Assembly: GCA_028534125.1 (NCBI GenBank)
Contig: CM052817.1
Coordinates: 67,086,001-67,150,000, forward strand
Direction of reading: 5' to 3'
DNA length: 64,000 bases
Origin: Lama glama
Taxonomy: Eukaryota
Below are positions 63,915 through 64,000 of the stretch, one piece after another. Both the position numbers and the translations under genes were made by a program. The notes under the pieces were generated by a model. It searched no databases, was not told where the DNA came from, and saw only the letters and a program-made list of their open reading frames with translations. The stretch's first letter is position 1. Every line of letters starts with the position of its first letter.

Positions 63915-64000
63915 TTTTATTATGTGCCATGCACTACTCTATGCTCCTTACATGTGTTAGTTAATTTTCACTTACCTTTATTTAAAATGATAGATGTTAC
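63915..64000 (-). mobile_element. MIR fragment (truncated by window edge)
   Basis: TTATTATGTGCCATGCACTACTCTATGCTCCTTACATGTG. Confidence 0.5.

Noticed and set aside
1..64000. CRISPR array, operon or other prokaryote-type system
   Set aside because: The sequence is clearly mammalian (L1, MIR, MaLR, SINEs); no regularly spaced repeat-spacer array or gene-dense block

Overview
AT-rich mammalian non-coding DNA (intergenic or deep intronic). The organism is most likely a camelid, inferred from four tRNA-derived SINEs resembling Vic-1. I recognise no host protein-coding gene. The ORF-track entries are chance ORFs, L1 fragments, microsatellite read-throughs or artefacts of the 500-N gap at 56673-57172. 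The window is a mosaic of young camelid SINEs and L1 3' ends (several with TSDs), older eutherian MaLR/ERVL/ERV1 LTRs, L1M, MER2-type Tigger elements, and MIR/L2 fragments. The most unusual content is two separate, very old Ty3/Gypsy integrase-core fossils found by manual translation. One lies at ~16950-17400 on the minus strand with a 126-codon stop-free frame. The other lies at ~37515-38260 on the plus strand; it is frameshifted, CpG-rich and followed by a consensus splice donor. There are also two CR1/L3 relics, a strong CTCF motif, a nested LTR with a 4-bp TSD, a local duplication carrying a microhomology deletion, a probable L1-associated deletion and an inverted L1 segment. Repeat subfamily names come from recalled consensus sequences, not from a database search. 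Nothing here demonstrates a new functional system; possible exaptation of the Gypsy relics is the best lead.
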